Shown here: positions 1 to 8,945 of the stretch, in pieces
Layout: every line of letters starts with the position of its first letter
How positions within the stretch are numbered: the first letter of the stretch is position 1
Source of the DNA: Sedimentisphaerales bacterium
Lineage (GTDB): Bacteria > Planctomycetota > Phycisphaerae > Sedimentisphaerales > Anaerobacaceae
Direction: 5' to 3'
NCBI GenBank assembly: GCA_040772485.1
Contig: JAXGYC010000007.1
Coordinates: 352,001 to 416,000 of the forward strand
Length of the DNA: 64,000 nt
Notes under the pieces: model-generated
What the model saw: the letters and a program-made list of their open reading frames with translations, nothing else
Told to the model about the DNA's origin: nothing
The model's database searches: none
Program-made: the position numbers and the translations under genes

Positions 1-797
1 CTGCGTTCGGCCTGCTCGACCGTGCCGCACTCGACGCTCAGGACGATGTCGCGAGGGGCTTTCCGGCAGACCGCGATCACTTTCTTCCAATCAATCACCC
101 CGTCGCCGCACGCACAACCGGCCGGCGTGCCGGTGACCTTGCCTCGCTCGGCCTTAGAGTGTTGGATGGAAATGTCCTTGGCGTGCAGGTGGACGAGCCT
201 GTCCCTGACGTGCTCCAACCAGACAATCGGATCGTGGCCGCTCAGATAGGAGTTGCCGGTGTCGAAATTGACACCGAGGGCGGGCGAATCCACGAGGCCC
301 ACAATGCGGTCGAGGCCGGCCGGCGTCTTGCTGTACTGCTGATGGGGCTCGATCCCAATCAGAATGCCGCGGTTCTCGGCGAATCCCGCCGCCTCCGTCA
401 ACGTGTACTTCATCAGCACGTGGTCTTCCTGCCGCGTAGTCCAGCGGGGCTTGGGCCCCTCGTCTGTGTTCACCACGGGCGCACCGCACTCGGCGGCGAA
501 GCGAATCGCCTGCTTGAGGTAATTGCCGCTGACGTCCGGGCGGCACAGCGCCGTGTGCGACGACAGTCCCGAGAGCTTCACGCCGGCTTTCTCGCAGGCC
601 CGCCGGACACGGTACGGGTCCTCGGACATGGAGATCGTCATGTAGTAGCCGGCTTCGCTCATCAGCTCCCGGCCCAGATGAACCCAGGGCTCAATGTATT
701 CATAGCCCAGTTCGGCCGCCTTCTCGACGCCCCATTCGAAGGACTTGTCCGCGTGACGGACGAACTCCATGTTCACGCCGATTCCTACCTTACCCAT
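1..797 (-). CDS. Sugar phosphate isomerase/epimerase (xylose-isomerase-like TIM barrel), 3' end runs off the window
   Basis: Manual translation MGKVGIGVNMEFVRHADKSFEWGVEKAAELGYEYIEP...IGIEPH...GVNFDTGNSY...VHLHAKD...LSVEC gives the E/D/H/E metal motifs; AGGAG RBS upstream; absent from the ORF track because the stop is outside the window. Confidence 0.85.
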   Translation of the reverse strand, partial: MGKVGIGVNMEFVRHADKSFEWGVEKAAELGYEYIEPWVHLGRELMSEAGYYMTISMSEDPYRVRRACEKAGVKLSGLSSHTALCRPDVSGNYLKQAIRFAAECGAPVVNTDEGPKPRWTTRQEDHVLMKYTLTEAAGFAENRGILIGIEPHQQYSKTPAGLDRIVGLVDSPALGVNFDTGNSYLSGHDPIVWLEHVRDRLVHLHAKDISIQHSKAERGKVTGTPAGCACGDGVIDWKKVIAVCRKAPRDIVLSVECGTVEQAER

Positions 798-879
798 GTG
801 TGAGTCTCCTTAGCAGTATGAACAGAACGCCGTATCTCCACACGTCACAACATGCCGGACCCGTACCACTACGCGCTCT

Positions 880-907
880 GTAGGGGCGAATGATGATTCG
901 CCCCTAC
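880..907. repeat. GTAG-type REP palindrome, family 1
   Basis: GTAGGGGCGAAT-GATG-ATTCGCCCCTAC, perfect 12-bp inverted repeat; related copies at 5876, 7271 and 18947. Confidence 0.85.
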
Positions 908-911
908 TGGG

Positions 912-2237
912 TCACGACAAACTGCGCAGCCACTCGATCAGGCCGGGCAGTTGCTCCAGACTGAGAAACGTCACCGACAACGCCGCGATCACCCACATCG
1001 CCGGCTTGATCTGCCTGACCCGGCCCGAAACCAGATTGATCACCACGAACGAAACAAAGCCAAACGCCAGACCCGTGCTGATGCTGTAACTCAGCGCGAT
1101 CATCACAATGATGATGAACGACGGAAACGCCTCCGCCAGGTCGCCGAATTCGATTCGCTGGACCTCTTTGACCATGAAAAGGCCGACCATGATCAGAGCC
1201 GGCGCGGTGGCGTACTTGGGGACGACGGCCACCACCGGAATAAAGAGCAGGGCCGCGAGAAACAGGATTCCGGTCACGACCGCCGTCAGGCCGGAACGCC
1301 CGCCCTGCTCGATGCCCGAGGCCGACTCGGCAAACGAGGTCGTCGTGGAGGTGCCCAGCAGGGCGCCGACCATCGTCGCGGCTGCATCGACCCCCAGCAA
1401 CCGGTCCAGACCCCGAATCCTGCCCCGCTCGTCGAGCATGTCCGCCTTGTGGCAGCAGGCCACCAGCGTCCCGATGCTGTCGAACATGTCGACGAACATC
1501 AGCGTGAAGATGCTGCCCATGAAGCTCCACTTCAGCGCGCCGAGGACATTCAGCTTGAAGGCAATGGGACGGATGTTTACGTCGAAAGAGATCACCCGCT
1601 CGGGCAAAGCCACCTGTCCGGTGGCCGCCGCCAGCAGGGTCGAGACCGCGATGCCGATCAGCAGCGAGCCGCGAACGTTGCGGCTCTCCAGGAAAATCAT
1701 CGTGAGCAACCCGGCCAGGCCGATCAGCACCTTGGGGGTGATCGGGCCGGCCGAAACCATCGTGAACGGATTGGCCACCACGATGCCCAGGTCGGTCAGC
1801 CCGATGAACGTGATGAACAGCCCGATCCCGACCCCGATCGCCGAGATCAGCGAGATGGGGATCGCCTCGACGATTTTCTTGCGGAGCCCGACCAGTGTCA
1901 ACAACAGGAAGAAGAGGCCCGACAGGAACACCACCCCCAGCGCCGTCTGCCAGTCCATCTTCCCCGAGACCACCAACAGCGCAAAGATCGAGTTGAGCCC
2001 CAGGCCGGGAGCCATCGCGATCGGTGCGTTGCCGATCAGGCCCGCCGCGATGGTCGACAGGGCCGAGATCAGACAGGTGACCGCAATCAGAGCGGTCTTG
2101 TCCATCCCAGTCGGCTCCAGAATGTTGGGGTGGGTGAAGATGATGTAGGCCATCGTCAGGAACGTGGTGGCCCCGGCGACCGCCTCGATCCGCACGTTCG
2201 TCCGTCGCTTGTCGAGCTCGAAGTAATCCCTTGGCAT
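912..2237 (-). CDS. NCS2/AzgA-family nucleobase (purine) permease
   Basis: EAVAGATTFLTMAYIIF, PIAMAPGLGLN, DMFDSIGTL, GTSTTTSFAESASGIEQGGRSGLT motifs; start trimmed to MPRDYFEL. Confidence 0.92.
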   Translation of the reverse strand: MPRDYFELDKRRTNVRIEAVAGATTFLTMAYIIFTHPNILEPTGMDKTALIAVTCLISALSTIAAGLIGNAPIAMAPGLGLNSIFALLVVSGKMDWQTALGVVFLSGLFFLLLTLVGLRKKIVEAIPISLISAIGVGIGLFITFIGLTDLGIVVANPFTMVSAGPITPKVLIGLAGLLTMIFLESRNVRGSLLIGIAVSTLLAAATGQVALPERVISFDVNIRPIAFKLNVLGALKWSFMGSIFTLMFVDMFDSIGTLVACCHKADMLDERGRIRGLDRLLGVDAAATMVGALLGTSTTTSFAESASGIEQGGRSGLTAVVTGILFLAALLFIPVVAVVPKYATAPALIMVGLFMVKEVQRIEFGDLAEAFPSFIIIVMIALSYSISTGLAFGFVSFVVINLVSGRVRQIKPAMWVIAALSVTFLSLEQLPGLIEWLRSLS

Positions 2238-2255
2238 TTCGCCCCTCGTCAGCTC

Positions 2256-2336
2256 GTAGTGTGCCCGTGAGGGCATAATGTCTATACCACGCCCGTGAGG
2301 GCATGCCGGAACGCAACGCCTCACGGCGTCACTACA
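2256..2336. repeat. Inverted pair of GTAG-type REPs, family 2 (REPIN-like)
   Basis: GTAGTGTGCCC-GTGA-GGGCAT on + (2256-2276); internal repeat GCCCGTGAGGGCAT (2291-2304); GTAGTGACGCC-GTGA-GGCGTT on - (2315-2335); 17 nt identical to 20838-20854. Confidence 0.7.
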
Positions 2337-2345
2337 AACGACCAA

Positions 2346-2428
2346 TGCGAGCGAGAGGAGTCGAACCTCCACGTCCGAAGGACACCAGGACCTAAACCTG
2401 GCGCGTCTGCCAATTCCGCCACGCTCGC
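2346..2428 (-). tRNA. tRNA-Leu (anticodon TAG), CCA not encoded
   Basis: GCGAGCG acceptor stem, TGGCGGAATTGGCAGACGCG D-arm, CCAGG-TTTAGGT-CCTGG anticodon arm, long variable arm, GGAGGTTCGACTCCTC T-arm. Confidence 0.96.
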
Positions 2429-2443
2429 GACGGAGCGCGCCCA

Positions 2444-3262
2444 TTATGCCTCGCGGGACGCGGGCGGGCAACCGAAATCCGGCCCCACCTTCCGGCGTCG
2501 TGGGGCGAGGCTGCGACGCCAGATCACGGCCAGGACCACCAGCCAGGGCAAGGTAGTAATACACATGAACGTCAGCAGCGGCGCCGGCACGCGTCCGACC
2601 GCGCGAAGGACCAGGCCGCCCACGACGACGTAGGCGTTGCCCCAGGCCTCCGCGCGAAAGAAGGCCACCGGCGTCTCGGGATTGCCGATGAACGGACGCA
2701 GGACCCACCCCATCTGGACCCCCACGAAGGCGTAGAGGACGAACCAGGCCCAGAGCAGAAGCCGATGCCTCGGCTCACGATGGATCAAGGGGCGATAGTA
2801 CCGTCGGACGACGATCTGGGCGGCGAACGTGGCAAGGCCGAACATGACCATGTTGAACAGGATGGCCAACCCATAGTCGGCGTACGAAACATACCAGAAC
2901 GCCGTGATGGGCGCCAGCGCGGCCAGGACGATCGTGACACATGATTGCGTCGCGACGAGAGCCCGCAAAGCCTGGGCGAAATCGTCGCGCAGTCCGGCCA
3001 GCGTGTTGACCACAAAGAAGCTGGGCAGACACAGTACAAACGTCGCCAGCAGCAGCAAAGGCACCTTGACGCCGGAGTAGAGCAACTGGTGCAGACGTCC
3101 GGCCTTCAGGCCGCTGTACGTCCCCATCACCGCGCCGTAGAACAGGCCACAGGCAAGCAGAAGGAGCAACAGCCAGCGCAGACGACCCATCAGGGGCGCA
3201 TCGACCGCGAAGATGCCTCTGCCACGCAGAAAATCGTCTACTGCCCGGCCGAACGTGCGCAT
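2444..3262 (-). CDS. Multi-pass membrane protein, paralog of the upstream gene (VKVP...GxQMGWVLRPFIG family)
   Basis: About 6 hydrophobic segments; ATG overlaps the upstream TGA (TGATG); shares motifs with 3262-4053. Confidence 0.8.
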   Translation of the reverse strand: MRTFGRAVDDFLRGRGIFAVDAPLMGRLRWLLLLLLACGLFYGAVMGTYSGLKAGRLHQLLYSGVKVPLLLLATFVLCLPSFFVVNTLAGLRDDFAQALRALVATQSCVTIVLAALAPITAFWYVSYADYGLAILFNMVMFGLATFAAQIVVRRYYRPLIHREPRHRLLLWAWFVLYAFVGVQMGWVLRPFIGNPETPVAFFRAEAWGNAYVVVGGLVLRAVGRVPAPLLTFMCITTLPWLVVLAVIWRRSLAPRRRKVGPDFGCPPASREA

Positions 3263-4053
3263 CAGGCACCAAATAGCTCGCCGATCGTATGGACCAGATC
3301 GAGAAAGATGTTGGCTTCGCGGGCGCGAAACCACTGGAATGGTATGTCCGGAGCACCGATGAACGGACGCAACACCCAGCCCATCTGGGCGCCCACCAGG
3401 CCGTAGATCACCAGCCAGACGCGAAACGTCGTGCCCGCCAGGTCCCCAGACCGCACGGAGACGAGAGGCTTAGCCGGTACGTCAAGGCTCGATGGCTCGG
3501 CGGCTTGGCCGTTGGGGGCGGGATTCTGAACCACGCTCGCAGGTCCCCTCTGCGCCGCGTCCAGTCGGGCCAGCATGGTCAGCAGGACTTTGAGACCGAT
3601 GATTCCCGATAGCGCGAAGAACAGAAAGTTCAGCAGTTTCATGAACGGATAGCTGGAGGTGCTGAGGGTGAAGAAACCGGTAATGGGTCCCAGCGAAGCG
3701 AGCACCGCCAGATTGGCCGAGACAGGCGCCAGGATCAGACGCAGCGTGTCCTTGGGGCCCAACCGAACACCCAATAGCGCGCTGAAGACGTACAGCGACG
3801 GAAAGGTGATGACAAGCGTCAGAATGAAAAGGATCGGCACCTTGACCGCTGACGCAAACATCTGGGCGAAACAGGGTGGCGTGCGAGTCAGCACGGCATA
3901 CAGCCCCATGAACACACCATAGACGACCCCGAGCCCGATGGAGACGACCACAAGCGGCTTGATCTGAATGTGCGCCATGCCCCCGGCCAGAAGCCGGGCG
4001 TCCCCTTTGTGCCCGCGCAGGACCTCGTCCAACTCCTTCAACCACTGAATCAT
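3262..4053 (-). CDS. Multi-pass membrane protein (VKVP...GAQMGWVLRPFIG family)
   Basis: About 5 TM segments; GGAAAGGG RBS-like site before MIQWLKEL; paralogous to 2444-3262. Confidence 0.8.
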   Translation of the reverse strand: MIQWLKELDEVLRGHKGDARLLAGGMAHIQIKPLVVVSIGLGVVYGVFMGLYAVLTRTPPCFAQMFASAVKVPILFILTLVITFPSLYVFSALLGVRLGPKDTLRLILAPVSANLAVLASLGPITGFFTLSTSSYPFMKLLNFLFFALSGIIGLKVLLTMLARLDAAQRGPASVVQNPAPNGQAAEPSSLDVPAKPLVSVRSGDLAGTTFRVWLVIYGLVGAQMGWVLRPFIGAPDIPFQWFRAREANIFLDLVHTIGELFGA

Positions 4054-4141
4054 CGCTACTGCCCTTTCCGAGGAGTACTGGCCCACCTGCCCCGTCCCAG
4101 CCGCTCATTGAATGCCGGAGGAGCCCTCTCTCAGTCCACGC

Positions 4142-5296
4142 TCAATCCGCCTCGATCGAGATGCCGTTCTGCTGGCCCAGACGCACTTCAACCTCGTCGA
4201 TATCCTTGGCATCCGTGATGCTGTCGGCATCGACGTCGCCTGTCAGTGGCGAGGCGCATCCGGCGACCTCCGGACCATTGAGGATCGCGCCGTAGATGTC
4301 CCAATTGCCGTTGCGGTAGTCCTGCCATACCACGACATACGCCTTCAGCCAGGGGCTGAAGGTGATGGCCGGGTGAGTCTGATCGGCGCCCTGCGAGACG
4401 ATGGGAAACGCGGCCTTGGTGGTCAGATTGCAGCCGTAGATGTCCCAGTTGCCGTTGCGGCGATCCTGCCAGACCACCACGTTGTTGTAGACATCCGGAT
4501 TCGAAGCCTCGACCGGACCCTCGGAACCCAGCAGCGCCGGCAGACGAGGATCAAAAACGTTGTCGCCTCCCGTAACGGCGGTCCCTTCGCCCTGATCCTG
4601 CCAGACAACCCACTTGCCGGCAATCGCGGGTGACTGGCACGGCCCAACCACGCTGCGCACCGGAAACCAGGCAGCGTCATCCGGATCGGACAGATCCCAG
4701 CCGCTGATGTAGGAGACCCCATTGAAGACGTCCTCGTAAACAACGATGTCACCGTCAACATCCGGACGCCACTGATCTTCCGCGTTTCGATCGATCCAGA
4801 ACGGCTGTGCGTTGGCGCGATCCGTTATGTCGACGCCGAGAATGTCCCAGCCGGCGTGTGCCGTCATCCGGCTTTGCGCGACCACCAGATTGCCGGAGAC
4901 GGCCGGACTGCACTCGTCCGCCGCGCTCTCGATGACGGTGAAGAACGTCTCGGTGGAAAGATCGAGACCGACGATGTCGCAGTCGTCGAACAGAAAAAAC
5001 TTGTTCTGCCAGACGACCACATTGCCGGACACCGCCGGATACTGCGATTCGCTCAACATGTCCGCGAGCGTCAAGGGATTGACGCTGCCCGGATAGGAAA
5101 TGTCGGCCAGCGCAATGTCCCAGTCACCGTTGCGATTGGTCTGCCAGACCACAGTGCAGTCATCGATGGCCGGGAACTGCTGGTGCCCCGGCTCGCCGGC
5201 GATGGGAAACGTCTCGAAGGCCGCCGCTGCCGAAGCAATCAGGAAGCCGAACAATGTGATGATGACTCCGCTGCGTCTGTTGCGCTGCTCCAACAT
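4142..5296 (-). CDS. Secreted beta-propeller repeat protein (Methanosarcina surface-protein-type WQDxRNGNWDIY repeats) with C-terminal dockerin/EF-hand-like motif
   Basis: Signal peptide; repeated PAIxGxxVVWQDxRNGNWDIYG units; C-terminal GDVDADSITDAKDI. Confidence 0.8.
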   Translation of the reverse strand: MLEQRNRRSGVIITLFGFLIASAAAAFETFPIAGEPGHQQFPAIDDCTVVWQTNRNGDWDIALADISYPGSVNPLTLADMLSESQYPAVSGNVVVWQNKFFLFDDCDIVGLDLSTETFFTVIESAADECSPAVSGNLVVAQSRMTAHAGWDILGVDITDRANAQPFWIDRNAEDQWRPDVDGDIVVYEDVFNGVSYISGWDLSDPDDAAWFPVRSVVGPCQSPAIAGKWVVWQDQGEGTAVTGGDNVFDPRLPALLGSEGPVEASNPDVYNNVVVWQDRRNGNWDIYGCNLTTKAAFPIVSQGADQTHPAITFSPWLKAYVVVWQDYRNGNWDIYGAILNGPEVAGCASPLTGDVDADSITDAKDIDEVEVRLGQQNGISIEAD

Positions 5297-5393
5297 GGTT
5301 TCTCCCCTTCCTGTGAAAGCCGCACTTGCTTCCGCCCTCCGCAGTCGGGCTTCTCGCCGTCTTGCGACCACACGCCGACGCGGGGTCAATGCC

Positions 5394-5422
5394 ATTATAG
5401 CCTTCTCTTCCCCTGGATTCAA
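5394..5422 (-). promoter_or_regulatory. Sigma70-type promoter for the beta-propeller gene
   Basis: TTGAAT-N17-TATAAT on the minus strand. Confidence 0.65.
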
Positions 5423-5452
5423 TGGCCTCGACGGCTCCTGATGGACATCAGG

Positions 5453-5530
5453 ATTGGCCCTATAGGTCCTGTGCGTCGTATGGGTCCCATAGCAGCAACA
5501 GGACCAATGGGACCGATAGGACCTATGGGA
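5453..5530. repeat. Degenerate 9-bp tandem repeats in two inverted arms
   Basis: ATTGGCCCT ATAGGTCCT GTGCGTCGT ATGGGTCCC, then ACAGGACCA ATGGGACCG ATAGGACCT ATGGGA. Confidence 0.7.
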
Positions 5531-5551
5531 GACGCCGCGACATGACAGATG

Positions 5552-5836
5552 TCAGAAGAGGCCCTCATCTTCCGATTCCATCTCGGGCGCGGGCTCCTTA
5601 GTGGCCGGCTCCGGCGTGTCCTCGCCGGGCTTGCTGATCTTCTCGATCCGCTTCTCGGCCTTCTGGAGGATCTGGCGGCAGTGCTGGATCAGGGCCATCC
5701 CCTGCTCGTACTGCTCGAGGCTGTCCTGGAGCGGGATTTCCCCCTGCTCGATCTTGTCCACGATGGTCCTGAGCCGCTTGATCGAGTCCTCGAAACTCAG
5801 CTTGGTGATGTCCTCTTCAGTTTTCTTCTGCGCCAT
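5552..5836 (-). CDS. xseB: Exodeoxyribonuclease VII small subunit
   Basis: LSFEDSIKRLRTIVDKIEQGEIPLQDSLEQYEQGMALIQHCRQILQKAE; directly downstream of xseA. Confidence 0.95.
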   Translation of the reverse strand: MAQKKTEEDITKLSFEDSIKRLRTIVDKIEQGEIPLQDSLEQYEQGMALIQHCRQILQKAEKRIEKISKPGEDTPEPATKEPAPEMESEDEGLF

Positions 5837-5875
5837 GATATCGTTTCCTATCGCGTCCGGATGTCGTCGTTCACA

Positions 5876-5900
5876 AGGGCGAATCATGACTCGCCCCTAC
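5876..5900. repeat. REP family 1 copy overlapping the xseA stop codon
   Basis: AGGGCGAATCATGACTCGCCCCTAC. Confidence 0.75.
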
Positions 5901-7255
5901 GGCACACTGCGAACCTCGCTCTGGATGACGTTCTTGCCGGCCAGCTCGGTGAGCATCGTGTCGCCGACCTGCACGTCGGCGAGCGTGCGAACGAGCCGGC
6001 CGGTGGTCTTGTTCGTCGTGATCGTGTACCCCCGGGCCAGCACGCTGCGGGGGTTCAGCGCCGTCAGGCGGCCTTCGCAGGCAGCCAGCTCCACCTTCCG
6101 GGCGTTCGTCGCCGCGGTGACCGCCGCCAAGGTCCGGCCGGTCAGTTCGCTCAACTGGATGGTCATCATCCCGAGCAGCCGATGGGGCTCGATCCGAGCG
6201 ATGTGCTCGTAGCAGGTCTGCAACATCATGCGCTTGTCGGCCACCAGGGCCCGGACCGCTTCGCCCAACTCCGACGTCAGCTCGTCGACGTGCTGCTCGC
6301 GCATGCGGACCGCCAGCAGCGGATTGCGAAACGCGGAACTCGCCAGAATGGTCTGCAGGTATTCGCCGCCCAACTCGATGCGAGCCTGGACACTACGTGT
6401 CAATCGACTCGCCTGGTGACCCAGATCGGTCAGCACGTCGCGCATGTCCGGCACTGCCACCACGCCCGCCTTGGTCGGCGTCGAGGCCCGCCGGTCCGCG
6501 ACGAGGTCCGCGATGGTCGTATCCACCTCGTGTCCGACGGCGCTGATGATCGGGATCTTCGAGGCGAAGATGGCCCTGGCCAGTACCTCTTCGTTGAAGG
6601 CCCAGAGGTCCTCCAGAGACCCGCCTCCGCGTCCGACGATGAGCAGATCGAGCTTGAGCTTCTTGTTGCGCCGGTTGACGTCGGCAATCGCGGCGGCAAT
6701 CTCGCGGGCGGCGCCCTCGCCCTGCACCGGGACCGGGTAGAGATACAATCGTGTGCAGGGCCATCGCTGGTGCACGCTGTCGGCGATGTCGTGGACCGCG
6801 GCGCCCGACTCGCTGGTCAGGATGCCAATCCGCTCAGGATACGTCGGGATCGGCTTCTTGTGCTCATCGGAAAAAAGCCCCTCCGCCCGAAGTTTCTGCA
6901 CCATCTGCTCGAAGGCCAGTTGCAGCGCGCCGACGCCTTCGGGCGTCATCTCCTCGACGACCAGCGAGTAACGCCCTTGTGGCACATAGACACTGATCGA
7001 GCCGGTCGCGATCACCGCCAACCCGTTTTCCGGCCGGAACCGCACCCTCGCGCAATTCGGTTTCCACATCGCGCAGGCCAGGACCGAGCCTTCGTCCTTG
7101 AGCGAGAAATAGCAGTGGCCGCTTGCATGCTGCTTCCAGCCGCTGATCTCGCCCTTGACCATCACCCGGCCCGGCAGGCTCGCCTCCAGCGCCTCCTTGA
7201 CCAGAGCGTTGACCTGGCTGACGGTGTAGATTTTCGGCGATGTCTTCGTCGGCAT
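5897..7255 (-). CDS. xseA: Exodeoxyribonuclease VII large subunit
   Basis: GEISGW...SGHCYFSLKD, IVGRGGGSLEDLWAFNEE, SAVGHEVDTTIADLVADRRASTPT. Confidence 0.97.
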   Translation of the reverse strand: MPTKTSPKIYTVSQVNALVKEALEASLPGRVMVKGEISGWKQHASGHCYFSLKDEGSVLACAMWKPNCARVRFRPENGLAVIATGSISVYVPQGRYSLVVEEMTPEGVGALQLAFEQMVQKLRAEGLFSDEHKKPIPTYPERIGILTSESGAAVHDIADSVHQRWPCTRLYLYPVPVQGEGAAREIAAAIADVNRRNKKLKLDLLIVGRGGGSLEDLWAFNEEVLARAIFASKIPIISAVGHEVDTTIADLVADRRASTPTKAGVVAVPDMRDVLTDLGHQASRLTRSVQARIELGGEYLQTILASSAFRNPLLAVRMREQHVDELTSELGEAVRALVADKRMMLQTCYEHIARIEPHRLLGMMTIQLSELTGRTLAAVTAATNARKVELAACEGRLTALNPRSVLARGYTITTNKTTGRLVRTLADVQVGDTMLTELAGKNVIQSEVRSVP

Positions 7256-7270
7256 CCATCCTCCCTGATT

Positions 7271-7319
7271 GCGGGCAAATGATGATTCGCAGTACGGGCG
7301 AATAATGATTCGCCCCTAC
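7271..7319. repeat. Tandem REP family 1 doublet overlapping a stop codon
   Basis: GCGGGCAAATGATGATTCGC-AGTACGGGCGAATAATGATTCGCCCCTAC. Confidence 0.75.
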
Positions 7320-8704
7320 GGGCGCACCAGAGCGACCCAGTAATCCTTCGAGGGACATTCGAGAGACACCGTGCCATCTATCTGCGCCGTTTTCGACTCC
7401 ACCCACTCGGATCTCATGATGTCCAGCCACCGGACTGTTACTGGCCTGTCAATCGGGTTCACATTCAGGGTTACCTTGCCGCCGTCCGGAAAGTAGACCG
7501 CGTATTCGGTCCCCGGGTTGGCCAAGCAATAGGCATCGTTCGATTCGCGACTGCTCAGCAGATCGTTATGCGGCTCGCACGTGAACACATCCATCCGATC
7601 GGTCAGCATCCGCATGCTGCGGATGTTGGCCTGCGCCTTGTCGCCCAGTCCCAGCCCGGAATCGGGGCGGTGAAAACGGGCCGAGGCCAGTCCGCCAAAG
7701 ATGTTGCGCCAGAACCGCTCCATCGCATCGCGGTCGTTGCCGTAGCGCCCGGTGTCGGCGCCGTAAATCTTCGTGTTGTTCAGCGGGCGGGGCCGGTCGG
7801 CGATTCGTGCCCGCTGTTTCTGGGCATTGTCCCAATGGGCCTGGCCCTTCTGGTGGTTGTTCTGCGAGATGTCGACAAACGAGTAGAGTTCCGGATGATC
7901 GAAGGTGGCGCGGTGCTCGGGACTGCCCAGGTCCCAGGCGTCCCACATCTCGGTCGTGTGGACCTTGACGCCGGCAGCTTTGGCCCTGGCCTGGATGTAC
8001 CGGGCCCAATAGGCGCCCCAGGCCGGCTCGCCGGACGTCTCATTGTCCATGCAATACAGCACGTTGCCGCGCTTCAGCGAGTGCGACAGCATCTTGTCCA
8101 CGAATCGCTGCTGGTACGGCAGTACGACGGTGTTGTTCCGCTGGTCCGGCGTGGTGAAGAAAAACGGCTGCTCGTTGCTGCCGGCGTGCTTGGTGTACTG
8201 CTCGATGAACCCCGAGGCTTCGTAAGTGTAGTTGACGTTGTTCTTCGGGTTGTAGGGGCTGATCTCCCAATTCTTCCCCGAGTAATCAAAGCGGTCCCAT
8301 ACTTCGATCTGAATGATGATGTCGCGCTCTTCGGCCAGCGAAAGAAGACTCTCGAAGCGGCGCCAATACTCGTCGTTCCACCGGTCCAGATCGTACTTGC
8401 CGTCGGGTCGCCGGGCGAACGCCTGCACCTCAAAGCCCTTGTCGAGCCGCGCGCTCATGGTGTTCCGCACGTAGTTGCCGCCGACGCTCTTGAGCAGATC
8501 GAGATGCTCTTTCAGGTCGGGAATCTGAAAGAGACTGTCGTCCTTGCTGCCCCCGATCAACAGAACCGGCTTGCCCTCATACTGCCAGTAGCGCGGGTTG
8601 GCCGGACAGATGTCGATCGCGCCGCCGGCCGGCGCGGGACCAGCGACACAGCAAGCACAGATCGAGGCCATTACCACTCGGATACACACAGACCGAAATG
8701 TCAT
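7316..8704 (-). CDS. Secreted putative glycoside hydrolase (clan GH-A-like barrel, DUF4038-like) with C-terminal putative collagen-binding-type domain
   Basis: Signal peptide; NPRYWQYEGKPVLLIGGS; YCMDNET (NE acid/base-like); C-terminal AYCLANPGTEYAVYFPDGG...VRWLD. Confidence 0.65.
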   Translation of the reverse strand: MTFRSVCIRVVMASICACCVAGPAPAGGAIDICPANPRYWQYEGKPVLLIGGSKDDSLFQIPDLKEHLDLLKSVGGNYVRNTMSARLDKGFEVQAFARRPDGKYDLDRWNDEYWRRFESLLSLAEERDIIIQIEVWDRFDYSGKNWEISPYNPKNNVNYTYEASGFIEQYTKHAGSNEQPFFFTTPDQRNNTVVLPYQQRFVDKMLSHSLKRGNVLYCMDNETSGEPAWGAYWARYIQARAKAAGVKVHTTEMWDAWDLGSPEHRATFDHPELYSFVDISQNNHQKGQAHWDNAQKQRARIADRPRPLNNTKIYGADTGRYGNDRDAMERFWRNIFGGLASARFHRPDSGLGLGDKAQANIRSMRMLTDRMDVFTCEPHNDLLSSRESNDAYCLANPGTEYAVYFPDGGKVTLNVNPIDRPVTVRWLDIMRSEWVESKTAQIDGTVSLECPSKDYWVALVRP

Positions 8705-8945
8705 GGCTGTTTCCTCCAAAAACAATCCAGACGATGTTCCATCGGTCGCCGATTATAGGCCAGCCCAGCCCCTTCATCAATCACGAACGTTGCTCCACTG
8801 GTCTTGGCGCCTCATGTGGACGCAACTTTTCCCTTGAAAAACCCCTGGCCAGCGGGCATCCTGTGTCGAAACGACCCGAAGGGGCAAATCCTGATGGACA
8901 TTGGGATTCGCTCCTGCCGACTGCGACTGTAAAGGAGGCACGTGT

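Noticed and set aside
2346..5296. Possible genomic island integrated at tRNA-Leu
   Set aside because: No integrase and no duplicate of the tRNA 3' end seen in the window
8881..8914. GGGGCAAATCC... hairpin upstream of CE15 as a c-di-GMP-I riboswitch
   Set aside because: Lacks the GNRA loop and second-stem GCAAA/receptor elements; better explained as a simple or REP-like hairpin
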